Made by a program: the position numbers and the translations under genes. From assembly GCF_009914755.1 (NCBI RefSeq), contig NC_060936.1: a DNA stretch of 64,000 nt; one strand, written 5' to 3'. The notes below the pieces were generated by a model. The model saw nothing but the letters and a program-made list of their open reading frames with translations, was not told the DNA's origin and did not search any database. This document shows positions 12,400 to 25,700 of the stretch, piece after piece (position 1 is the stretch's first letter; the number at the start of each line of letters is the position of its first letter). Source of the DNA: the human T2T-CHM13v2.0 reference genome, Homo sapiens.

Positions 12400-13693
12400 A
12401 AAAGCCACTTCTTTAGGCTTCTGATGGTAGTTCCTGTGCATGTTTTGATACTTTTACTGCATACTCATGTGTCCTAAGTTACAGTGTTGTTTTTTGCATT
12501 TTATAAATGTGTATAAATGGTATCATACTGTAATATGCCCTTCAGGAGGTGGTTCTCGTATTTTTATTTTTTGCTCCAAATTACATTAAACAATATTTAT
12601 TTTAAATAAACAAATAACCAAATTAAGTTTCTGAAGTTTGTCCACTTTAACTACTATAGATATTTAATTATAACTCTTCATTCTTCTATTAGGACTTTTT
12701 TGGCTATCACAGAAAATGCTGCAAAAAATTCTTTAATGTGCCTCCTTGTGCACTTGTGCTATAGTTTTTCCAAGGTATATATACAGAGAAGGAGAATTGC
12801 TGGGTCCTAGGACATGAATATCCTTAATTTTACACATATCGCCATATTTTAATCCATAGTGGGTTTTACCAATTTACATTCTCACCAGTAATTTTTGAGT
12901 TCTTCTTTCTCTGCGTCCTGGAGAAGATTTGGTATTGAGAAGCTTTAATTTTTTTTAACTTCCATTTTCATAATTCTAGTGAGGTCAAGCCTTTTTCACA
13001 AGTATATTGGCCATTTGTTTTTCTCCTGTGTATTTCCTATTGTATATTTTAACTATTTTGCTATTGTGCTACTTGTTCTTTCATATTGAATTATAAAAGT
13101 ATTTTATATTTTCTAGACATCCTTTGTTGATTATATGCATTGAAAATATGGTCTCTTCATCTGTGACTTATTTCACTTTTTCCTCACATCTATAATAGTG
13201 CAGAATTTAAAAAATAATCAGTTTGTATTTTTTTCATATAAATTTAGTGTTTTCTTGCCTTGTTTAAGACAAAAGACGTCTTGAAGATATTTTCCCAATT
13301 TTATTCTAAAATTCGTGAAGTTTTCTTTCCAAATTTATGTTTTAATCCACTTGGAATTTATGTCTGTGACTGCTGGGAGGGGGGCGATATAATTTTAGGG
13401 GTACTCAATTGTATCAGGACCACTTACTAAATATGCCGTCTTTTCTCCACTGATTTTTTTAAAGAGACTTTTCTCATTTATTAAATTTTAGTTTATATGA
13501 GAGTCTGTTTCTGAGCTCTCTGCTCTGTTGGCTTACTTGTTCATCCCTTATTAATGCACTGTCTCAATAATTTTACTTTATAAAAAAATCTTGATTTTTT
13601 TTGCTACTATAAACCATGCAGCAAATAACCTCTCTGAACATAAATCTTTATTACATTCTTATTTTTGTTTCTATAGATACCTCGAAGTGTAAT

Positions 13694-13743
13694 TAAATAA
13701 AGTGAGGGACAGGACCAGCAAGCCCTGTCCCTCACTTTATTTA
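13694..13743. repeat. Perfect 20-bp inverted repeat with a 10-nt loop
   Basis: taaataaagtgagggacagg (13694-13713) and cctgtccctcactttattta (13724-13743). Confidence 0.97.
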
Positions 13744-13887
13744 TCTATTTCAGGAGTATCTTGGCGATTTGTGGGCCTTTTCTCTTCCATGTGAATTTTA
13801 GGACCAAATAAAGATTTTAATAGAATTGTATTTTTTTCAAAGACTTATTTCAAGAGAATTGATGTCTTTTTAAATCTTGAGTCTTCA

Positions 13888-14216
<329 letters not shown>

Positions 14217-14599
14217 CTATTTATTCAGGTCTTTTCTTGCTTCAACATTGTAATTTTCTTAATAAAGGTTTTATATAATATTTATTAGATTTGTAGACAT
14301 TGTACAGTTTTTGTTGATTTTATGAATGAAATTCTTTTTCCCACTAAGTTTTCTAACAGTGTATTACTTATTTATAGGCATCTATTGAGTTTTAATAGCT
14401 TTATTGTTCACACAGTGTACAATTCACCCATTTAAAATGTACATTTCAATGGTTATTAGCTTACTATATTCAAAAATTTGTGCAACCATCTCTATAATCA
14501 AGTTTAGAACATTTTCATCACAGCAAGAAACCCAGTATCCTTCATTTCCCCGCCTTCTCCTGTCCCTCCCTACCTCCTCCAGTCCTAGGCAACCACTGA

Positions 14600-14895
<296 letters not shown>

Positions 14896-15183
14896 CCACT
14901 GATCTCCTTTCTATCTTTTTATGTCTCTCTCTTCTGGGCCTTCATATGAATAAAATTATATATGATGTAGTCGTTTGTGACTGGCTTCTTTCATTTAGCA
15001 CAATCTTTTAAGGTGCTTTTCATGTTGTAGCTGTATTGGTACCTCCTTTCTAAGACTGAATAATATTCCGTTATTCAGCACTATGAATATGGATATGGAT
15101 ACAGATATATACTGTTGATTTTTACCCATTGATTTTGTTTCTAATAACATTGCTGAAAGCTTTTATTAATTTTACTGATACTC

Positions 15184-15480
15184 TTTTTTTTTTTTTTTTG
15201 AGACAGAGTCTTGTTCTGTCAGCCAGGCTAGAGCACAGTGGCATGGTTTCCGCTCACTGCAACCTCCACCTCTCAGGTTCAAGTGAGTCTCATGCCTCAG
15301 TCTCTAGAGTAGCTGGGAGTACAGGCGTCCGCCACCACACCTGGCTAATTTTTGTATTTTTAGTAGAGACGGGGTTTCGCCATGTTGGCCAGCTGGTTTC
15401 GAACTCCTGACCTCAAGTGAGCTGTCCGACTTGCCCTCCCAAAGTGCTGGGATTACAGGCATGAGCCACCGTGCCTGGCC
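15184..15480 (-). mobile_element. AluS (Sz/Sx-like)
   Basis: Full-length Alu with poly-T and ctgacctcaagtga. Confidence 0.93.
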
Positions 15481-16094
15481 AATATTCATTTTTAATGTAG
15501 ATTTTCTATAGACACTCCTCTCCTCTGCCAGTAGGGGCAGTTTTGTAAATTCTTTTTTTTACTTTGTGCATTTCTTTTTCTAATCCTTGTCTTATTTCAC
15601 TGTCTAGGACTGACTGGAAATGTTGATATAAGCATTATTGTCTTACTCCTGACTTTAATGCAATTGCTTTTAAGATTTTACCATCGAATATAATGTTACC
15701 TATAGTGTTTTAGTGAATACACTTTTGAGATTAAGACTGTTACGTTTTTTCTTTTTTCTTCATTGGATAGGCATAAATGTTTTACTGTTGATAAGATGTT
15801 TTTCATGACAAAGTTAAATTTTGGCTGTTTTCCATCTATGAGATGATCAGATTTCTCCCTTTAATCTACTAATGTGGTGTGTTAATGAAAAGATTTTCTA
15901 ATATTGCATTCCACATCATTAAACAATTCTCTAACATTTTTCAGCATTCATTCAACATCTTCAATCCTTCAATGTTATGGGTTGGAGATCTATTATGTCA
16001 GGTGTAGAAATAAAGATAAATAACACATAGTCCCTTTCTTCAGAAAGCCTATCATTTCTTTTGAAAAGTAAGAGAATGAGAAGGGGGCCTGTAA

Positions 16095-16290
16095 GTAACA
16101 TGTATTCAGTGTTTGCTATGTGCCAGGTATTCTTTTAGATGCTTCAGAAATGTATTCTGATTTAATTCTCCCAACAACTCTATATGATAAGTACAATAAT
16201 TTTATCCATTTTATATATTAGATATCTGAGGCTTCCAGAAATAAGTGATTTGCTCAAAATCAGCACTCAAACCAAGACTCCGTGGCCCTA
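16095..16290 (-). mobile_element. MIR SINE
   Basis: ctatgtgccaggta...tttaattctcccaacaactct...ccatttta...ctgaggct. Confidence 0.7.
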
Positions 16291-16719
16291 AAGCCCAGGC
16301 TCTTGCAATATAAGTATCATGGTTATTGAAAGCACGGAGAGTCATGTTTAAGTTAGGTTTATGATTTCCAGAAAATATTGGATTTAAATGATTCCTTCAA
16401 TGAGGGGGCAGGCATGAGATAGAGGGGAGTGGTAGACAGCAGTTGAAGCAGAGGAGGCTATGGGAGGTGAGCAAAATCTCAGGGTCAGGAAAGCACAAGA
16501 TAGCCCAGGGACCAAAGGGTAGACCGGTTAGCTATGATGTATACATTGTGTAAGATGATGTTGGGAAGTAAACGTAGAGAGATAGATTAGCAGATTATCC
16601 CATGAAAACGCTTGTGATGACATGCAACACAGATTGGAGTAAGGAAAGCCAGAATCTCAGCAGGAGGCCGTGGCTACTGTCAAAGTGAGCAATAGTAACA
16701 ACTCTTCCTTTGCTCCTCA

Positions 16720-17210
16720 TTGATCTTAGGATGGAGTCCAACCAAATACCTTACCTTGGTTGACTAGACCTGACATAGTCTGTCCCTTTCTTTCTTCTCC
16801 AGTCTCATCTTACCCCTTGCCCTCTCAGCTCCAGCCTCATTGGCCTCTCTGTTTCCTGAACCTCCTATATTCCTTTTAACCAAATAGTCTTAGAATAAAT
16901 TGTTCCATCAGTAAGCAACTTTCTTCCTCTTCTGAGCAGGACACCTCCATTTGTCTAGTCAATTTCTACTCATACTTGATGTTTCAATCCTTAATTGTGT
17001 TCTTCTCTTTCAGGAGTACTAATTTCAGTGTATAGCTCTATTTTCATTAGAGTTTTCCTGAGCGATGCTTGTCTCTTCTCCCAGGTTATAAATTCTGTTG
17101 CTGGAATCGGGAAAGTCTGAGTCTGTTTTTGCTTACCTAATTCCTAGCACAAAGCCTGGCTCAGAGTAGACACTTGATATATATGCATAGTTGTTAAATG
17201 AATGAATAAA
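16720..17210 (+). mobile_element. L2 3' fragment
   Basis: ctccagcctcattggcct...cctagcacaaagcctggctcagagtagacacttga...gttaaatgaatgaat. Confidence 0.7.
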
Positions 17211-17214
17211 AAAA

Positions 17215-18240
17215 CAATTTATCTGAACTATGGAGGGTGAAGTCAGTAGAAATAAAATGAGTAAGGAGGAAAGGAGATTGCTTTAGAACTCTCCTTTTTA
17301 CTTGTTAGAAAGAAGAGCTGACTTACTTGGTGATTGACTGAACATGGGGATGAAACAGGTGAAGGAATTAGGAATGGTTTTCAAGCTTAGCTTCCAAATG
17401 AGTAATTGAGAGAGAAGTATTATTAACAGAAACAGGGAATCCAGAAAGATGATGAATTTAATTTTAGATATATCAAATAACTACGAAGACCCTGAGGAAC
17501 ATATCCAATAGGCGTTTGCAGGTCAGAGTAGTCATATACGGAGATACAGATTTGGGACACGCTTTCAAAATGAAAAGCCATCCATTTAAGAAAGTGGAAT
17601 TAACTAGAGAAACAGAATAAACAGAATAGCAGAGGCCCTGGGAACTTCATATTGACACATGTCTATTGAAGGAGGCAGTAAAGAGAAGAGGAGTTGATTA
17701 AGGTGACAGAGCAGCAGACGGGGATGACATGAGGGTTGAGTACTGTCACAGAAGCCAGAGGAGAAGTGGATCCCACTGAATGGAACATCAACATTGCAGA
17801 GGAAGAACGAAGACCAAAAATTAGGCATTGACCTTTAGACAATTCCTCATTGACCTCTGGGAGTAGAGTTTCTATAGAACACGAAGTGGGACAAAATACT
17901 GATTTTCGGGAAAGAAGAGACTGCTTGTACAGACCACTGATTGAAGAAGTGTGGCAATGGCAAGCAAATATGAATAGGATTGTAAGTAGAGTGAATGGTG
18001 GAGGAGACATCAAGGAACATTTCTCGAGTTATTAGAAGTCTGTACATGCTTATAAACACAGAGGAAGTCTGTGGACAGGAGAAATTGAAGGTGCAGTTGA
18101 ATGGGAAAAGGGAGTATACAGGGCCAGCCGTGCTTATTGAGGGAGGAGTTTTCCAGAAGAGATGAAATAGGTGGTGTGGCTAACTTGAGTAAAAGAGCTT
18201 GCTCTCTCTCTGAGACTATCATTTCTCATCAAGACTGCGG
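17215..18240 (-). mobile_element. Old L2 fragment(s)
   Basis: Purine-rich L2 antisense motifs (gtactgtcacagaagccag, gcattgacctttagacaat, cattgacctctgggagtagagtttc). Confidence 0.55.
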
Positions 18241-18438
18241 AAGAAATTGAGGAGGGAGGGGAAACTGAGTGCGCGAAGGAAGTGGAGTAATAGGGAACAG
18301 GCTTCACATTCCCAGCATTCTCCACTTGCACAAGCTCACACTGGGGAAAAACATGAGTTGTTGCCCTGGAGCAAGCTGCCTGTCTGCCAGGCCAGTAGTG
18401 AACCAGCCCCTTTCAAATGCTCCAGACCTATGAGAACC

Positions 18439-18466
18439 AAAAAAAAAAAAAAAAAAAAAAAAAAAA
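18439..18466. repeat. Poly-A tract
   Basis: About 27 A. Confidence 0.9.
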
Positions 18467-19596
18467 GGAGAAAAAAAGGTAGCTTCAGGGCTGACACATG
18501 GCAGCTGCGTTCTGGGAGTTGGGCTACTGCTGGCCCTGTCCATGCCCCTCTCTGAGGGCTGTTGGAAGAGGCGCTTTCTTATGTACACAGGTGGAGGAAC
18601 CCACATTTCCAATCTCCAGCCCCACCTCTGGCCCAGCCCAGCTGCAGACACCCTTCCTTTGGGCTGTGAACTCGACTGCATGGTCAAGCCTAGGGCAGCC
18701 TGAAGCCAGTAATGAAAATCCCTGGCATTTCCTCTCATAACCATTTCCAAAGGGCTTTCCCCAAATATGATCTCATTCCATTCTCATGGCACCACGGCAT
18801 TTTCATCTCCAATTTAGAGATGCCAATCACTAAGCGCCTCTAGAGAGGCCATGCAGTTAATGGTATCTAGGGCTGCTGATTTGAAAACCCGGGCTCTTCC
18901 AGCCATCTCACATGGTCTGCATCTGACTGATCTCCTTTGGTGGTGAGAAGGTGGGCTCTGGGGTTTGGGAGATGAGAATGACGAAAAACACCTGTATTAG
19001 CCATCCCGCCTGAGTTGCCAAAGGTAGCCACCTCCGTCCGTGGGTCAGGAAGCCATTTCCATTTCTGCTAGAAGGAACTGATGGTGCCTATAGATTGAAA
19101 ATCTTCCCATGAAAAGAGAAGCAGAGCAGGCAATTGTTATGTGTTTGGTGGTGTTGGTATGTGGGGCATGAAGAGGAAGGAGAAATGTCTAAGACTACAT
19201 TCACCAATCTTAAGCAAACTTCATTGCTTGAAACACAAGAGGGAAACGGCTGACTTCCTTCGTCTTCACCTTGGATGTGTGAAGGTTCACCCCAGGTGAA
19301 GGGCACTGACCAGATGTGTGACCTTGGGCAAGTCACTTCATCCCTTTAGGCTTGAGCTTCCTTTCCTGGAAAACAACGAGACTGAAATAAATGCCTAAGG
19401 TCTTACTAACTCGAATAGTCTCTGAGTCCAGGATTCTTAGGAAAATGGAAATCATTAGAGCAGGAAGGGAAGAGTTTCTTCTTGGGGACTTCTGGTTCAA
19501 GGCCTGCCTTCCTGAAGGGGCAGTTCAATCATTAATAGGTCTGTGAAAAAGCATCATTTTCTTAGGGATGGAGCATGCCCTTATACTATTTGCAAA

Positions 19597-19720
19597 ACTA
19601 GCTAACTAACTAACCAACCAGCTAACTAACCACCTAACTAACCAACTAGCCAATTAACTACCTAACCAACCAGCTAGCTAGCTAACTAACTAACTAACTA
19701 ACTAACTAACTGAAACTAAC
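19597..19720. repeat. Degenerate (CTAA/CCAA/CTAG)n tetranucleotide repeat
   Basis: aactagctaactaactaaccaacc...ctaactaactaac. Confidence 0.9.
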
Positions 19721-19931
19721 ACCTGAACAGCAGCCACAGTGTGGGGAAGGAGCAATTGCAAATACCCTTTTCTTCCATTGCAAACAGGGACGGCTCCAGC
19801 AGTTGGATGGCAGCCCTGGGTTTCCTGACATAACCTGTAACTGCTTGGTGCTCTTCAGCTTGCAGGGCACAGGCAATTTTGGTTTCATGCGGCCATGCCA
19901 AGTGCAGACAGAGGCCCCAGCTGCACTTTCA

Positions 19932-19952
19932 GTCACGTGACCTGGTGACTCA
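19932..19952. promoter_or_regulatory. CLEAR/E-box palindrome (GTCACGTGAC) next to an AP-1 site (TGACTCA)
   Basis: Exact motifs at 19932-19941 and 19946-19952; function inferred. Confidence 0.45.
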
Positions 19953-20649
19953 GGCCCTTTCTGGTTCCTGCTTGTCAGGGTATGGGAAAGGTGAGAAACT
20001 ACTTTGCAGTGGCTCTTTGGGAGGGTCTAGGGATGAGCAATAGTTTGTTATTATACAGGTTGCCCTGAACCCTTTTTATATGAGCATAATAAAGTTATCT
20101 TATAACCCCAGAATTGCCGTTTTCAGTTGATGTCTGCAGAGTTGCTGTGTTCATCTCCTGTCTCCAGGAGTAAGCCAAAGTCATCTGAGGGGAAAAAAAC
20201 AATCTACATTTCACCACTTCCTTTAATGAAATAGTTTGGTATTTAACCACCTCATCACCAGAAATGTCTTTTATGCTAACCTGAATCCACCCTGCCATGT
20301 TTAAGCATAATTCCTCTTACTTTGGTAGACAGAGTGGAAAATTTGTTCCACAATGGCAGGAATGTCTACATAACCTTAAGAGAAGATGCTAATTCCAACT
20401 TTATTTTCTCTTCTCTGCCTATCTGTAGCCTCTGTTCTTTCAAACTAGGTTTCAAATTTACCTCTTTTAGGAATCTTTCACTGTTGAACCCCTCCTTTCT
20501 ACAGAAGAGACCAGAACACACAGGCTCAGAGTTTATTTTCTAATGCGTTTGTTCTTATTGATGTGCTATTTTGAAAACGCTTTTGAGTCTATTTCAGGGC
20601 ACAGTGCTCTGTATTTGCAGGTGGGATGGATTCTCTTTAATGCAACTGT

Positions 20650-20860
20650 GGTGTTGTGAAAAGCGCTGTGGCCTCGGAGTCAGGAATCCTGGATATGTCA
20701 CTTACCAGCCGTTACTTGAGGCAGGTTCCTCAATCTCGGAGAGGTTCAGATTATTCCTCTGGAAATCAGAAAATGAGGCTCTAACTCCTGGAGTCACTGT
20801 GAAGATAAATGAAGGAATGTATATGAAAGTGCTGAGGATAATGGCTTGCATTTAACAGGT
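20650..20860 (+). mobile_element. MIR SINE
   Basis: ggagtcaggaatcctgg...cctcaatctc...ctgtgaagataaatgaagg. Confidence 0.65.
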
Positions 20861-22149
20861 TGGCCCATTGACACTCACTCACATACTCTGAGGGACCAAA
20901 ACTTCTATTTCTATTGTTTTTCTCCATAAGGCCTCACTACACTGCTCTGTCCACAGCATAAGCTTAATGAGTGCCACAAACTGACTATCTATTTGGTACC
21001 TAAGAACAAGCAAGCTGGAAAGGGCTTAGGGCCACTTTACGGTCTGGGTGAAGTCTTGAGAAGTCCAGGATGCGGGTCCCCCTTCCAAGTAGGTCACAGG
21101 AGATGGCTCAGTGTGTGTCTCTGAGCCAGGGAACCGGATAAGAGGCAGGATCCATGAAATAGGAATCTAGGGGTAACAGAGGATTTGGTCCTAAAAGAGA
21201 TGTCTGGTGCAGGCATGTGCCAGAGAAAAAGGGGCCAGCAATGTTTCTACTAAAACCTATTCCTTGTAACTTCACCAGCTCTTAGAGTTCACCTTTGCAC
21301 TGCCGGCTCCATTTTCCTGCGTCACTTCAACAAGCCAATTTCCAGTCCTTATTGGGACTGTGGGAGGTGGGGTTTCTTTATCCAGGTGCTCAGTTTGATT
21401 ACCTAGGAGAGATAGATGTTATTGATGTTAGAGTAATTTCTTTTCCCTGGGAAACGCAGGCTTTCACCTCTGCCTGGTTCCTTAGCCCTTCCTGCACACG
21501 CAGGTCAGAGGCTTGGAGATGGCTGTGGCCATGCTCTAGTGAGTGCAGGTGACAAATCCCAACACTGATCCAGTTTGACTCCAGGGTGAAATGGGCAGGG
21601 ATGACTCACAGGTTGAGGAACCCGCTCCACAAAGGCTCTGTGGAAGGAAATGATGTCTGGGTGGGAAACGGGCTTGCAGCCTTGGGATGAACTAAACCTG
21701 GAGAGATTACTGAGGGCCAGGGAGGGGTTTATTTATAGAGGGTGAGGCCTTCTCTTTTTCCCACTAGGCCAGATGAATGGAGAGGTGAGGAAAGAAGCCT
21801 GTTGGGAGGCCACATCTATTCCCCAGCTCATCTCTTCAGTCAAAGCCTGGCAGAAGCTGCTCATTTATTTTTCTACCACCAATTCCCTGACCCAGTTCCC
21901 TGACCCAGGATAGGATATCAGGTGGTAAATCAATGCTTGCATGTGGTGATTTTTGTTTTGTGGACCCTCAGATGCAGACAGCCAAGCTAAACACATTCCT
22001 CAGCCACACTGTTGTTAGTAGGCTGTGTAAGGTCACATTCTGGTTTTATTTTGGTCATTTGCTTTTTTCCTTTCATCCCTTATCTTCACTTCCATTTCCC
22101 TTCTGTACCTCCCTTCCCTATTCCACACTCTACCTGTACCCCTGACTCA

Positions 22150-23260
22150 CTCATGGCATTCTAATGACAGAACAAGAACCCCGTGCATGTGCCCCTATGG
22201 CTTTGGCAAGAGCTTCTCTGGGCGTATACCAGCCTGTGGGATCGTTGGGCCATAAGGCATAGGAGTACTTCATTTCACTAAATACTCCCTGGTTGCTCTC
22301 CAGAATGGCTGCGCTCCAGCAGTGAATGAATGAGCCTGTTTCCTGGAATCTTCTCCAGAACTTGCTATTACCTGGCTTTCTAATCTTTGTATACTGGGTG
22401 TGTGTAAAATAGTATATCATTGTTTTTAAATTTGTGTTTTTCTGATTTCTAGGAGGGTTACATATCTCATCTCTTACTTGTTATCTATTCTCTAATTTGT
22501 GTATTACATGTTTTGCCATTGTTCTTTGGGGTCTCCAGTCTTTTTCATGTTGATTTGCAGGAGTTTTTGCATATATTAGATATATAATTATCTATGTATG
22601 TAGATACTATAATTTTTCGGGTATTGTTCTTATCCAGTTTTGGAAGCGAGATTATACTTAATAGCCTTGTCAACTGATTACTTTTTTAATTTCTATAATG
22701 GTTATCTATGCAAACCTTCAATTTCTTCTTCTGCCAGTTTTGGTACTTTATAAATTCACTATAATGTGTCTAGGTGTGGACCATTCTCCCCATCTGTGTT
22801 GTACAACATTCCATAAGTCTTCCCAATTGAAGTCTCTCATTTTCTTTAATTCTAAGAAATAATATTTATTTCCTTAAGTATTTTCCCCTTTCATTTTTTT
22901 TGGTCTTTTTGGAGAGCATCTGCTGTATGGTTAGTGATTCTTTTACTTCTCTAAATCTAACTTCCACTTTTGCTTCTTTTTTAGAAAGAAATTAAAATTA
23001 TATGGTATTTATTTATTTACTCTTAATAAAAATAAGTCTCATAGTATTCCCTTGTATGTATTTCACTTCTTCCTGGAGTACTTCTTCTAAGAGAATATTG
23101 AAAGAGGTTTTACGTGTGCCTGAGATAACATTAATTTGCCCCCAAATTTAAAGACAGTTTAATTGGAATTAAAATTCTAGGTTGAAGGTTTGTCTTTCAA
23201 CACTGAAAAAATTATTCTATTACCCCACATCCAATGTTGATAGTAAGGATTCCTGGTTGT
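22150..23260 (-). mobile_element. Old L1M/HAL1 fragments
   Basis: ttttcatgttgatttgcaggagtttt...; the minus strand near 23180-23215 translates to FSVLKDK, resembling the L1 ORF1 C-terminal region. Confidence 0.6.
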
Positions 23261-23759
23261 CCCCCAACACCTCCCACCCTGTCCCAGGGGATCTGAACCT
23301 TCTCTCTGGAAATCAAGAGAATGTGGAGAGGATCTTTGGAGGCTTAGTGATGGTGTGCTGTGTGGATTGCAGGAGTGGCAAAAGGACCAAGAGCTAATAG
23401 GGTGGGGTGGGCAGGGCAAGGCACAGGGAAGGAGATGTGCAGGCAGGAGGTGGCTGGCAAGGGCTGATTTTTCCTGCAGAAACCTGGAAGGTTACAAAAT
23501 TCTCAATTTGGAGGACTCAAAAACTCTAGATTTGATGGTGAACAAGAGTGAGATGTGGGCTGAAACTCCCCACTTCTCTACCCTATCATGGGGGATGGAT
23601 TGCTCCTCTGTAAAGAAACTGAACAACCTGCTCCTGGTGTGGGAGCTGATGCCACATCCAGGCTCCATTCCCACTGACCCTGTAGTGGAGCCGGGTAGTC
23701 TGCATGACCTCCAGTGTACTTTGAGTTCAGCCAGTTTTGCTTGCATCACCAACTGGTAG

Positions 23760-24700
23760 GCATTTGAAAGAAACTATGAAACACAATTAAGAAAAAGAGA
23801 AATGACTCCACAGGAAAACAAGTTAATTCAGGATACATGAGGAACTTGAAAGAAACTCAAATTTGTATATTCAGAGACATTTATGAAGATATCACATCAA
23901 TTAAAAGAAAAGAATGCTATAAAAACAATAATTAAAAAGTTGGAGGATAAAATAGAGGAAAAGTAAAATAAAAAGACAGAGATTAAAAAAAAAATAAAAA
24001 AGAAAAGGACAAAAAAGGTAACACATAGACTAATCCAGGGAACCAACATCTAACTGATAGAAGCTCCAAAAAGAGATGAAGACAAACAGATGAGGGAAGG
24101 AATTACAGAAAAACATCACAAGAGAATTCCCCAGAGTTGAAGGACACAAAATTTAAGGAAGACATATTCACCTTGTGTTCACTACAATAAAGAAGAGTTG
24201 GCAAATGAAACAGCATAAAATTCAGGACACTAATACTGAAAAGAGAGTTCTTAAATGTTTTCTGAGAGAGAGAAATGGAGAAAAAATAATGCCAACCTAC
24301 AAATAAATGAGCTCCAAAGTTTTCTAACAGCAGCACAGTTTGCTAGAAAACAGTTTTTAACTGCTTTAAATTATGAAGGAAAATGGTTTTCAACTAGAAT
24401 CTTTATTTTTTTCTTCTTCTTATTAGATGAATATGCTTGTGTATCAACTAGAATTATATACTCCTCAAGAATATCTATGAAACTTGAAGGCAGAGGAAAA
24501 GACATTTTGAGACAGATAAGAAGTCAGAAGGCTTAACTTTACACACCTTTTTTTTGGAAGTCATTTGAAAACACACTCCTGCAAAATGAGAAAGTAGAAC
24601 AAGCCAGAGGAAGACATAAAATTCCAGAAGCAGTGTATTCAACCTGGAATCATAGTGAAGAGTAACACACAATGACAGTTTTGCTGCAGGTCTGGAGAGA
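23760..24700 (+). mobile_element. L1M/HAL1 ORF1-region fragment
   Basis: ccaacatctaactgatagaagctcca...gaattccccagagttgaagg...ttttcaactagaat. Confidence 0.65.
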
Positions 24701-25289
24701 CCAGTGACACCAGTATAGATTTTACAGCCTTTCAGGAAACACTAATTTGTGTCTTCAAATGTTTTTTGATGACATGTAAGCACAGAGACGTTAAATCAGT
24801 TGGCCAAGATCACTCAATGGTAAGCAGTAAGTTAGCGATCCGACTCAGCCTGTCAGGCTTTGGAGGCTGAGCTCTTACCTCTTACTATACAGTGCTTCTC
24901 CTGGTAACCTGCCTTAATGTTATTAACGGTTTCCATTAGGAAAATGAAAATAGTGATATGTTCCATGTATGCTAAACCCTCATTTATTATAGTCAGAATG
25001 CAAAAAAACGCTATGTAAAATTGCTAAATTAAGAAATAGCTTTATAGAAATCAAGAAACAGTTTTTAGAGAAATAAAAGTAATCACCAGGAGAGAAAACT
25101 CAAAGAGAATGCAAGGTGATTAGGTAGAGGGAGTGGGCAGGGGGAAGCGGAGAGGGAAGAGGAAGGGAAGAGACTGTTGCTTTGCATTTTAAATCCCCTG
25201 CACCTTAAAAAAATTAAATTATGTGCATGAATTACTTTGCAAAACTGTACATTTGTGTATCTTTTAAAAGGGTAAATAGGGCTTGTTTG

Positions 25290-25700
25290 GAAGATAAGCC
25301 AAAAGGGGAATGATAGTAATGTTCAAAGGGTGAGATGAGTTGGAAGTTCATGGCCTGATAGGGAGTGGTGTGATCTAGTGGCTGGACTCTAGGGGGGTTG
25401 TTTTGGCAGTGGGTGGGTGGGGGGAAGAGGGGGAGCGGCTGGAGGTGACTCTGGAAAAGTGGGCTAAGGCAAGGCTGTGGAAAGCATTGAATGCCATGCT
25501 AAGAAGTTTGGAATTTCCTCTGTTGACCATGGGGAACTATGAAAAAAAGTTTTGAGCAACATGATTCCATCTGTGTTTCAGAGGAATCATCCTTATGGCA
25601 AAATGTGGTAGGATTTGGAGTGTGGGAATGGCAGGAAGCGGGAAGGCCAGATCAGAGATGGTTACAAGCTTAAGGGACTCTTTAGGGTCCGAATTAAGGC
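25290..25700 (-). mobile_element. L2 fragment
   Basis: ttgaatgccatgctaagaagtttggaattt...ttttgagcaacatgat...ctgtgtttcagaggaatca. Confidence 0.65.

Noticed and set aside
13694-13743. Hairpin as a pre-miRNA or MITE
   Set aside because: No TSD or known terminal repeat and no evidence of transcription. One arm is native L1 sequence, so a fold-back repair origin is simpler.
18439-18478. Poly-A tract as a processed pseudogene tail (also 33315-33339)
   Set aside because: No upstream polyadenylation signal, recognisable body or convincing TSD.
21883-21908. 13-bp tandem duplication ttccctgacccag
   Set aside because: Ordinary short slippage event.
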